64,000 bases of DNA from a virus (Duplodnaviria; Heunggongvirae; Uroviricota; Caudoviricetes), in IMG/VR virus record IMGVR_UViG_3300010396_000003, positions 64,001-128,000 of that record; one strand, 5' to 3'. The notes below the pieces were generated by a model. The model was not told the DNA's origin. It did not search any database and saw nothing but the letters and a program-made list of their open reading frames with translations. The number at the start of each line of letters is the position of its first letter. Within the stretch, counting starts at the first letter, position 1. A program made the translations under genes and the position numbers. Positions 56,213 to 64,000 of the stretch are shown in pieces.

Positions 56213-56584
56213 ATGCTGAATGCCCTTTCCAAACTTGGTGCACATAGCTGGCATCACGCCGAATTCTGGTTCTTTGTTGCCATCCTGCTATTTATTCTCT
56301 ATGTGCCACCAGCAGCAGCGCAGAAATTATCGGCTGTTCAGGACTTCGTTGAGGCACACTTCGGGGATAGTATCGGCCTTTATATTCTTCACCTTGGCAT
56401 TGGGTTGATTATTTTGGCGGGTGTGTTTCCAGAAATGACGCATGTCGACCAAATTGGTCAATCGCTCGTCTTGGCTGCAATGGGAGTACTTAAACTGACG
56501 CGGACAAACGGGAATGGAAACGGTCATGGACCTGAGTCGGTACCGGCGTCGAATCCTCCTCCTGCACCGGCGCAAACTCCATAA
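56213..56584 (+). CDS. Multi-pass membrane protein (holin-like topology)
   Basis: About three hydrophobic segments; no well-spaced RBS; in frame with the upstream gene. Confidence 0.6.
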   Translation: MLNALSKLGAHSWHHAEFWFFVAILLFILYVPPAAAQKLSAVQDFVEAHFGDSIGLYILHLGIGLIILAGVFPEMTHVDQIGQSLVLAAMGVLKLTRTNGNGNGHGPESVPASNPPPAPAQTP

Positions 56585-56586
56585 AA

Positions 56587-56612
56587 TAGGGAGGACCCTC
56601 CGATCCTCCCTA
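56587..56612. terminator. Hairpin between convergent blocks
   Basis: TAGGGAGGA / TCCTCCCTA, 9 bp. Confidence 0.6.
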
Positions 56613-56681
56613 CTACGCGAATGTAACACGTCTTTTGGTAGCTCTCGGTAGGGTTTGCTCCTTCTTTTTTAGATTTAACAA

Positions 56682-58256
56682 CTATGAAGCCAGTACTTCA
56701 CGACATAAAGCTTCCGCGGTGCGAACAGCCACGGCATTCCCAATCTGCTTAACTTGGTCTTCTCTGGTTCCAGAAAACTTATAATTTTCATCAAACGACA
56801 TGGCTCGAGCCAATTCGTGCGGTCGAAGCATTCGAAACCGGATATCGATCTTCATTGGACCTTGATCTGTCTGAACCAAACCAAATCGGTCTTTAGCTGT
56901 AACGGTATCCAGCGGCTCTGAAATTGGCTTTGCCTTGCCGGTTCCATAATATTTAACAAGGAATGGCTCAACCAACCCCCAAGCATCAACGCTGGTAACT
57001 GTAGGCATCGGTCGATCCAGGTGGTAACTGCGCTTATCCTTCTTGCCATGGTTGGTCGGAGTAATAAATGGCTCAACCAGGGCAGTATGATCCTCGGTTA
57101 AAACTGTCGGGAGCGGATCGTTGATGCTCTTTGGATTACGCCCCTTACCTCTAGGACCGCCCGCCGCGACGAGGAATGGCTCACAGAGTCCAATTCCCCT
57201 ACTTGTAGTGGTGATCGTCTGTAATGGCTTGCCAATGCTCCTAGGAGCCGAATTACTGCGTTGCGGCAAGATAAAGGGCTCAACCAGTGCGATCGCGCCA
57301 TCCGTAGCAATGGTCGGAAGCGGATCCTTTACGCTCCGCGGAGTGGCTCCGGATTGTTGTCCGAGGACAAACGGTTCGCATAAGCCAAGATGCGTGCCCT
57401 TGGCAGTTACGGTAGGCAGTGGCTCACTGAGACTTCGCGCAACAGCGTGATTTCGTAACGTCACAATGAAAGGTTCAGCCTGGGTGCCGCCGAATTTCTT
57501 CAAGCCAGCTTCGATACGGGCAAGTGTCGCCGGCGCCAGAGGACGTTTACGGGTAAATATGCTCGGACTTTTAATGCTCCAATCGATAATTTCACGCGCT
57601 GGCTTCCAGCGCTCAACAGCGCCAAACATTTCTGCTGCGCCTGTACGAGAATGCGTCTTCTGTGGCCACATAATCTTCTTGCGACCGCGGCGTGCAATAA
57701 CAAATAGTCTTTCGCGCGTTGTGGGATCGCCATAATCGGCCGCATTCAACACACGGTATTCAACACGATAATCAAGCGACTCCAGAGCTCGCAGGAAAGC
57801 AAGAAATGTCTCGCCTCGCTTAGACTTTATAGGACGTTCATTTACTCCGAGAGGTCCCCAGTCGCGAAACTCGCGCACGTTCTCTACGATAATATTGTCG
57901 ATGTAGATGGCTTCGGCCCATCGGACGATGTGCCACGCTGACGCCCGTCGCTGGTCCGACATGGGCTTACCGCCGCGCGCATTGGAATGATGGGTGCATT
58001 CCGGGCTTGCTACCAAGATATTCAAGCGTCCGCCAGGAACAGCTTTACGCGGATCAACACTGTCAATTTCCGTACAGAGATGGGTTGCGTCGGGATGGTT
58101 TGCTGTATGCGTGCTAATTGCGACATCCCAATGGTTAATCGCAATCAGTTTTACGGTCTTACCAAGGCTAAGGCAGGCTTTTTTTAAACCACTCGAGGTT
58201 CCACCTCCGCCGCAAAACAAATCGGCGGCAATAATATCAGCGGCTCGCTTTCGCAA
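56682..58256 (-). CDS. C5 DNA cytosine methyltransferase with repetitive central region
   Basis: DLFCGGGG, ASPECTHHS, VENVREF, LNAADYG.PT.RERLF, KQIGNAV; repeated EP.PT(V/I)T...(A/G)L.EPF units. Confidence 0.95.
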   Translation of the reverse strand: MRKRAADIIAADLFCGGGGTSSGLKKACLSLGKTVKLIAINHWDVAISTHTANHPDATHLCTEIDSVDPRKAVPGGRLNILVASPECTHHSNARGGKPMSDQRRASAWHIVRWAEAIYIDNIIVENVREFRDWGPLGVNERPIKSKRGETFLAFLRALESLDYRVEYRVLNAADYGDPTTRERLFVIARRGRKKIMWPQKTHSRTGAAEMFGAVERWKPAREIIDWSIKSPSIFTRKRPLAPATLARIEAGLKKFGGTQAEPFIVTLRNHAVARSLSEPLPTVTAKGTHLGLCEPFVLGQQSGATPRSVKDPLPTIATDGAIALVEPFILPQRSNSAPRSIGKPLQTITTTSRGIGLCEPFLVAAGGPRGKGRNPKSINDPLPTVLTEDHTALVEPFITPTNHGKKDKRSYHLDRPMPTVTSVDAWGLVEPFLVKYYGTGKAKPISEPLDTVTAKDRFGLVQTDQGPMKIDIRFRMLRPHELARAMSFDENYKFSGTREDQVKQIGNAVAVRTAEALCREVLAS

Positions 58257-58271
58257 TTTCGTATCTCCCAG

Positions 58272-58535
58272 TCATTTCTTCCCACCCAATTTATCGACTT
58301 TCACAAACTCGACCATATTCAAACGTTGAGAAATTTGTCCAAGCTGAAAATCATTCTTGTGTTTGTTCCAGAACCCACGGCAACAGATGTCGTTTGTTGC
58401 ATGGTGACACGCGCGGAAGGTTTCAAAGAAACCCTCCATATAAGGATCGGCTATCTGTTTTTCCAACGCTTTAAGATCAAGCGGAGAGTCTGGTCGGTAG
58501 ATGCACGTTACGCACATCCTGCTTTGAACTTTCAT
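58272..58535 (-). CDS. Hypothetical Cys/His protein
   Basis: MCVTCIYR...FRACHH...ICCRGF. Confidence 0.65.
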   Translation of the reverse strand: MKVQSRMCVTCIYRPDSPLDLKALEKQIADPYMEGFFETFRACHHATNDICCRGFWNKHKNDFQLGQISQRLNMVEFVKVDKLGGKK

Positions 58536-58742
58536 TTTGTTTTTCTCTCCGGTATCGTTCCCGCATATCTTGACGTTTTTTTTCTCGATGTGCGCGATCG
58601 GTTCTGTATTTCTTTCGCGCCAGTCTTCTAGCCGTGATTCTAACCGCTTCCTCGCGTGCTTTGTCTTGATCCCACCCAGCTTCAATTAAGCGGCGCATCG
58701 GTTGATAGTACGGTCGCTTCCCTTTTGGCCGTCCAGGCTTTC

Positions 58743-59276
58743 TCATTTTCCGTCCCATCCGGCAACCGCAGCGATTTCACCTCGGTCCTCCTGCATGTAA
58801 TCTTGGAGCATCCCGCCCTCGAGACCAGCATTAATGCGTTTGGCTCTACGGTCGTACAGGACAACGTTCAGAGCCGCGGCTAGATTTAAGCAATGCGCCG
58901 ACGGGATGTAGAGGAAACGGTGACACCAGCGACGATAAACCTGTGGGATCGTGCCGTCTTCTGGACCAAATATATAAACGGCTGAATCGTGTGGATGTTC
59001 ATAGTCTACCAAAGAAGTTGCGCCAGGAACGAGCTCGACCGCAACAACATGAAGCTGATCTCTAGCCGGGATAAGATGGAATGGCTTGTCTGATCGCTTC
59101 CAGGTCACGTCTTTATATCCCTTCATGCGTTCTTCGCGTGGCAGCCGTTCATATTCAGATGGATCCACACGATCACCTGTCCAAAATAGATCGTTTATTC
59201 CGAAACAGGAACAAGCGCGAATAGCCGCCGCGACATTGTGGGGATATTTCGGATTAATAAGAATGATAGCGCTCAT
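58743..59276 (-). CDS. SpoU/TrmH-family (SPOUT) RNA 2'-O-methyltransferase
   Basis: NPKYPHNVAAAIRAC, FGPEDG, CLNLAAALNVVLYDR. Confidence 0.9.
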   Translation of the reverse strand: MSAIILINPKYPHNVAAAIRACSCFGINDLFWTGDRVDPSEYERLPREERMKGYKDVTWKRSDKPFHLIPARDQLHVVAVELVPGATSLVDYEHPHDSAVYIFGPEDGTIPQVYRRWCHRFLYIPSAHCLNLAAALNVVLYDRRAKRINAGLEGGMLQDYMQEDRGEIAAVAGWDGK

Positions 59277-59479
59277 TTCACCCTCACAAATATTTCTCGA
59301 ATAGCAATTGGAATGATCACAAACCAAGCAACCACGAAGAATGCAATCTTCTGCAGACCACATCTCTTTTTTAGTTCGTCTCTGATGTTACTAAGGCTTA
59401 AAAGGAACAAGCCAAGCGCTAGATATGTGAGGATGAGTGCGATTGTATTCACCAATAAATCTTTTACGGGCTCACTCAT
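59273..59479 (-). CDS. Small membrane protein
   Basis: Two hydrophobic segments. Confidence 0.65.
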   Translation of the reverse strand: MSEPVKDLLVNTIALILTYLALGLFLLSLSNIRDELKKRCGLQKIAFFVVAWFVIIPIAIREIFVRVK

Positions 59480-59684
59480 TTTACTTCTCCGAGTAATCTT
59501 TTGACCTTGGTTTCGTTAAGCGGTCCAAGGGCGTAGAATAATCGCAAGAGTTTGGCGCGTGTAGAAGGTTTTAGCTTCATCAGTTCACGTTCAGCGATCT
59601 TCCTGGCGGCCGCCGCGTGACAACGGCAATTACAATACCCAGCGCACGTTCCATCGCTGTTCTTTCCACAACCTTCTACATGCA

Positions 59685-60188
59685 TCACGAACCACCAAAA
59701 ATCTGGCGTATCAGACCGTCAAGCGGATTGTTGTGTTCACAGGTATAAGTTACAACGAGCCCTGGCACCCGAAGTCCAACATGCTTTCCGAATGTCTGAT
59801 ACTCGGTTTGCACTAAATACCAGAATAGATTTTGAATGCTATTCGAAGTGTCCGCCGCTCTGTGAATGGCAATTATTGTTGCCTGATCATTCGTGTATTT
59901 GGCGTCAACGCTGAGCCGACCGTGTTCGCGCGACCAAAACTGCCAAGCGCAATATAACTTGCGCAGATAAGGTGTGAGTTCACCTATCACCGTTTCGTTA
60001 GGTCTAATAGGCGTAGTTATCGCGAATAGAGTTGGATCCATCTGGTCTATATCAACCAACAACTGTTCCAGTGATTTAGGGCGTTCTACTGCTTGCTCCA
60101 TCGATATCCTCCGTCGTGATATGGTGCGCCAAGAACTCTTGGCGCGATCCAAAAACCGTAATACGATTGGGCGGCAATCGTAGCACAT
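59685..60188 (-). CDS. Hypothetical protein
   Basis: ORF track; likely start MEQAVERP. Confidence 0.65.
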   Translation of the reverse strand: MCYDCRPIVLRFLDRAKSSWRTISRRRISMEQAVERPKSLEQLLVDIDQMDPTLFAITTPIRPNETVIGELTPYLRKLYCAWQFWSREHGRLSVDAKYTNDQATIIAIHRAADTSNSIQNLFWYLVQTEYQTFGKHVGLRVPGLVVTYTCEHNNPLDGLIRQIFGGS

Positions 60189-60432
60189 CCTGTCGCCGTG
60201 GTGATTTGCAAATATTCGCTCGATAAATGGCAGAGCCGGCGCATTGTTGATTACTAACAGTATGGCAATCGATCAATGCTTCACCATGGGCATATTCCAG
60301 CCATTCCTCGGCTGTACTATTGCCAAGCCAACCCTTAAGCGACTTGCGAGCCCATGGGCAGTCGATACATGGTGACGTGTGTTGTTTCTTGCGTGGTTTG
60401 GCTTCCGAGCCGATGCGGAGCTGACCCTTCAT
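60076..60432 (-). CDS. Hypothetical Cys-motif protein
   Basis: SPCIDCPW...DCH...QCAG. Confidence 0.65.
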   Translation of the reverse strand: MKGQLRIGSEAKPRKKQHTSPCIDCPWARKSLKGWLGNSTAEEWLEYAHGEALIDCHTVSNQQCAGSAIYRANICKSPRRQDVLRLPPNRITVFGSRQEFLAHHITTEDIDGASSRTP

Positions 60433-60656
60433 GTCTTACCTCCAGACATACGATCCAATTCCTCCTGGGTTTCAACCGAGCACAGCTTATATATGTCCAT
60501 CCATTCTTCGTGGCAGTCGTCGCATGAACAGTGCTGCCACGTCTCCAAGCTTTCCATGTCGATTTCTCCGCCACTGATATTGTTCGATTTGCAAAAAGGA
60601 CAGCGACTTGGATTTTTCAGGTACGCTTTCTTTTGTTCTTCAGTGAGTATTGCCAT
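60429..60656 (-). CDS. Small zinc-ribbon protein
   Basis: CPFC...CDDC. Confidence 0.7.
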   Translation of the reverse strand: MAILTEEQKKAYLKNPSRCPFCKSNNISGGEIDMESLETWQHCSCDDCHEEWMDIYKLCSVETQEELDRMSGGKT

Positions 60657-61162
60657 TATTCCTCCAAAGCCAAATGGCGGTGAACCGTATCGCCGGGTCG
60701 AACAATCCGCATAAACGATTCGGTCTTCCTCGTGATACTAATGTCCAGTTTGTCTTCGTGTTCCTGTTTTAGCGCGAGATATGTATCTTTGCCGTCGAAC
60801 CGATCCGCAATGCGATCGATTTCCAATTCAAACTCCGGGCGGCATTTTACAAAGAGTGCCAGTGCAATCAAGACAAGAATCCGATCGGTGTCGGCTAGAT
60901 TCTCCATGTCGTTCTTTTCGATTACAACTTGGAGTGAATCCTCAGGCATCAATTTGCGGAGCGCGATCTGGAGTTCATTCCACAGCGGCTCCATTAAGCC
61001 AAAACTTATATCGGCAGCATGCCCACAACGAAGTTCTTGGATTAACCTGCGGCAATCTTCAAATGCGCTCATGTTCCTCCAATCTGTCGCGCATAATCGC
61101 GCGCAAATCCTCTGCTGGTAACTGTAACTTCTCTTTGTATGCCAAGTGGATCCACAGAGCAC
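60656..61162 (-). CDS. Hypothetical protein
   Basis: ORF track; likely start MSAFEDC. Confidence 0.6.
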   Translation of the reverse strand: MLCGSTWHTKRSYSYQQRICARLCATDWRNMSAFEDCRRLIQELRCGHAADISFGLMEPLWNELQIALRKLMPEDSLQVVIEKNDMENLADTDRILVLIALALFVKCRPEFELEIDRIADRFDGKDTYLALKQEHEDKLDISITRKTESFMRIVRPGDTVHRHLALEE

Positions 61163-61640
61163 GATAGAGGCTAAACGTATTACCCCATTCCATCATAACG
61201 GCGTGGAGGGCGGTATGGGCCAAACCTTCCGGTTCTTCGCCACAGTCAAAGAAGGCACAGCCGAATGGCGCCACGGCATGAATATCGCAATTACCTTCTG
61301 ACGTCAGGTGAATACAACTACCGTCTTCTTTGGTTGCCGGCACCAGCGTCGGAATACGTCTAAACTTTCCTTCACTGATTACGAGCGCGCCGGGAGACGC
61401 TAATAGATTTTGCTCTGCCCAAATATATTCATCGACGTTCCGGATCAATCCGCCACAGTCGCAGGCGCCGTCCCACGTCGTGGTACCTTTCATTGGACGG
61501 CGGCATTTGCCGCATTCTTTTGGAATCATCCGGCCCAGATCGGCAGGGATAAGAAATCCTGGCATGACCTCACAATTAAGCCTGCAATTGTGGCAAGCGC
61601 AAGAGGTGCGCCTATAACCAAACTCGGTACGTTCGTCCAT
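61059..61640 (-). CDS. Cys-cluster protein (YkgJ-like)
   Basis: C.C..C...C, CIHL...C.IH...PFGC..F. Confidence 0.6.
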   Translation of the reverse strand: MDERTEFGYRRTSCACHNCRLNCEVMPGFLIPADLGRMIPKECGKCRRPMKGTTTWDGACDCGGLIRNVDEYIWAEQNLLASPGALVISEGKFRRIPTLVPATKEDGSCIHLTSEGNCDIHAVAPFGCAFFDCGEEPEGLAHTALHAVMMEWGNTFSLYRALWIHLAYKEKLQLPAEDLRAIMRDRLEEHERI

Positions 61641-61641
61641 G

Positions 61642-61869
61642 TCAGTAACCTTCCAGTTTCGTGCTCTCTATCGGTGAACCCTCTTCATCGAGCGTATAGA
61701 ATTCGCGGTGATCGTATTCCTGCACGTCGCCGGCTTCACCTCCGGTCCATTCCAGTTCGCTTTCGTGTTCACGCGCATATTCAGCCGCTTCTTCCGCTGA
61801 ATTGGCTTGAACAGTTGTTTCGTAATTCACCCATGCGTCTATCTGCTTTAAAACAGTGAATTCAGCCAT
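61642..61869 (-). CDS. Small acidic protein
   Basis: ORF track; GGAGG RBS. Confidence 0.7.
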   Translation of the reverse strand: MAEFTVLKQIDAWVNYETTVQANSAEEAAEYAREHESELEWTGGEAGDVQEYDHREFYTLDEEGSPIESTKLEGY

Positions 61870-61881
61870 TTGGATCCTCCG

Positions 61882-62538
61882 TCAAAATTCCTTCGCGCTT
61901 CCGCACCATCTCATAACTTGATAGATCATGGGTGATTCTCTGGTTGGATTACCGTCTGGCGCAAGAAGTCCAAGATGATAGTTACGCGCTTCTAGAATAA
62001 ACATTTTCTCTGGACGTTTTGTGTCCACGTGGTCGTTGTGAATGATGGCGTATTCGGTATCGTTTTGTATGGGCCGAAGACTATGTTCCAGTCGCTTCCC
62101 GCTTAAGAATGGACAAATAGAAGAACTGAATTCGGCGCAGCATAGGTGCACCGGACCATCCGTGAACTGGCCGGAGGCCATGCTCTGCGGACCACCTACA
62201 AAATAAAACCGGAACATTTTCTTGCCACAGATCGCACATAGATTTTCACGCTCACATTGCAATGCTTTTTCCCTGTCAATTACTCGGAAATCAGGTCTAC
62301 CGTTGAACCACATAACGGTATACGGGACCGGGAAACCGGCGAATGTTGTGAGATGGCTAAGAAAGGATGGAATCTCGATCATCGATGCGCCCTCGCGCAT
62401 TAAATGTTCTTCAAGATTGAATTTTTGTTTGCGTGGCATAAGCCTCCCGAACAATCTGCTTTGCTTCCTCGGGAAGCATGCCGTAGGTTTTAGGCGTGCC
62501 GTAAGACAGCGAGCCAATGATGTGCCCAACCATGGCAA
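61882..62538 (-). CDS. Hypothetical protein
   Basis: PVPY...CAICG...GG....DGPVH.CC.....CPFL; real start internal. Confidence 0.65.
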   Translation of the reverse strand: MPWLGTSLARCLTARLKPTACFPRKQSRLFGRLMPRKQKFNLEEHLMREGASMIEIPSFLSHLTTFAGFPVPYTVMWFNGRPDFRVIDREKALQCERENLCAICGKKMFRFYFVGGPQSMASGQFTDGPVHLCCAEFSSSICPFLSGKRLEHSLRPIQNDTEYAIIHNDHVDTKRPEKMFILEARNYHLGLLAPDGNPTRESPMIYQVMRWCGSAKEF

Positions 62539-62792
62539 TGGCCTCGCGTGTAGTCAAGGCACTCGTGTACCAAATTGCGATTTCGCGTTCTTGGTCGGTC
62601 ATGACTCACCGTCCTTCACCACGACAACGCTCATCTTGAATTCGCCAATTCGCTTGTGTTTCAGGCGTTCATCGCTAAGAACGTCTTCTACGGCACGCGA
62701 TGTGGCAACGCGCAGATTGTAACCTTCGCCAGACTTGCTGATTGTTACGTGACCTGGCATTCCATCGAAAGCATGAGCAAGAACCTGAACTT

Positions 62793-63215
62793 TCATCTTT
62801 GCGCCTTTCTTTGCTTTAATTTGCGCTCCAAGAGATCGATTCTGCGATACTGACCAATGCGTAGACACGGCCCTTGTGTGTCGTTACCTGTAAAACAGGC
62901 TGTCTCGCCACAGTTTATGTGGTGTGGAATACGTGCAAGTGCAAATCTCGCTTCGGCAATTCTTGCCTTAAGAATATCGATGTGGCGGTTATCGTTATAA
63001 ATCTCTGCCGCACCGATACGGCAGGAATTGCATAGGGTTTTGGGTTGCCAGTCAGCATCAAATGCTGGCTCCAAGCGATCCTTGGAGCCACACATTTGAC
63101 AGTAGTCCACCGGTTTCAGATCCTCCAGTGGAGTATCGCTATGCGACTGCGGCTTTTGTTTTTGCCTTCTTCCCATCAGCCTCGCCTTTCTTGACCTGCG
63201 TTTCCAATTTCGCAA
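62793..63215 (-). CDS. Hypothetical protein with CxxC pairs
   Basis: ORF track; real start probably MGRRQK. Confidence 0.55.
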   Translation of the reverse strand: MRNWKRRSRKARLMGRRQKQKPQSHSDTPLEDLKPVDYCQMCGSKDRLEPAFDADWQPKTLCNSCRIGAAEIYNDNRHIDILKARIAEARFALARIPHHINCGETACFTGNDTQGPCLRIGQYRRIDLLERKLKQRKAQR

Positions 63216-64000
63216 GCTGCGCCTTATTCATTGATGCTTTTTTGGCGAGCTCTCCCATTGGAAGTTTGAGAACCTTGGCGGTGGCTTCCATATTGTCGGC
63301 TTTGACGGTTTGGGACGAATAGAACCATAGTTCCGAATCGGCAATCATGATTTGATACGTCCATTGGGGGATTTCTGCCGCACTGATTTTGGCAAGCATC
63401 TTTCTGACGGTAGCGCCGAAATCCTTTTCGACGTACTTCCCCTTGACGACGTCCCAACCCATGGCATTGCACAATCCTCGAGCCGTGTCATTGCTCAAGT
63501 TATCGATTGCCCAATCCAACACGGCGCGTTGCTGAACTTCGCCAATGTCGTATTTCGTTTTGGCGATTTCAGCAAAGACAAGACCGCGGCGCCGAATCTC
63601 TGTCTTGCGCTTTTTCTCGGCTTCTCGTTGCTTTTTCTGCGCTGTATCTGCCGATGGATCACGGTAGACCTGCCAATGGACCTTGCATTTCGTGTTGTCG
63701 CAGATACGGATGACCTGCCCAAGTTTTGCATTCTGTTTCTCATGGGCATGACCGACAACTTCGACAACAATGCCTTCGGTGGTGTCGTTGCATTTTTTGT
63801 CGGCAAGGACCCATTCAATTGCTCCCTTGGCTTTCACGCCGGCCCAGCCGCCAACGGTCAAATGAACCGCCTTGGGATGTGCGGCAAGCTGTTTTTCAAG
63901 AAGCACCTCGCACTTCTTGCCATAACAGACATTGTCGGTACAGGTGTCGTTATCCTTGATGTCCGGAAACAGCATTGAATTTGCACCAGTGCGCTTCGGA
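63139..64000 (-). CDS. C-terminal part of a ParB/Spo0J-like protein, runs off the right edge
   Basis: Frame open to the edge: PKRTGANSMLFPDIKDNDTCTDNVCYGKK. Confidence 0.6.
   Translation of the reverse strand, partial: PKRTGANSMLFPDIKDNDTCTDNVCYGKKCEVLLEKQLAAHPKAVHLTVGGWAGVKAKGAIEWVLADKKCNDTTEGIVVEVVGHAHEKQNAKLGQVIRICDNTKCKVHWQVYRDPSADTAQKKQREAEKKRKTEIRRRGLVFAEIAKTKYDIGEVQQRAVLDWAIDNLSNDTARGLCNAMGWDVVKGKYVEKDFGATVRKMLAKISAAEIPQWTYQIMIADSELWFYSSQTVKADNMEATAKVLKLPMGELAKKASMNKAQLAKLETQVKKGEADGKKAKTKAAVA

Noticed and set aside
1-64000. Genome-wide TAG reassignment (code 15-like)
   Set aside because: Long genes are intact under code 11, and most TAG stops checked (5689, 16055, 21671, 28109, 31516, 32423, 36876) hit another stop within about 5-25 codons without extending a domain.

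Overview
A 64-kb segment of a tailed-phage or prophage genome. It contains portal, MuF-like head protein, terminase subunits, SSB, a replication initiator, a C5 DNA methyltransferase, a partial ParB-like gene and many small ORFs. No capsid, endolysin or integrase was recognised. A Terriglobia/Acidobacteriota-like host is only an inference from the style of the secreted proteins. The strongest signal is a compact translation-control locus at 15129-15962 (minus strand). A probably leaderless Pth2-like peptidyl-tRNA hydrolase gene has an in-frame UAG at codon 5 and no stop codon of its own. It runs into a tightly packed array of CCA-ended RNAs: three full tRNAs with the amber-suppressor anticodon CUA and three 45-53 nt mini-tRNAs lacking the D arm. 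Other notable items: a divergent IS110/TIGR-Tas-like RuvC protein overlapping four 47-nt dual-window stem-loop repeats (22350-23700); a NARP1-type NAD+ reconstitution pair in an operon with a divergent adenylosuccinate synthetase, HD and vWA proteins; an Acb1-like 2H phosphoesterase fused to a histidine phosphatase between portal and MuF; an Acb2/Tad1-like small protein among the tRNAs; and a 12.7-kb block of four signal-peptide-bearing surface proteins. All family calls come from motif recognition by eye; no searches were run.
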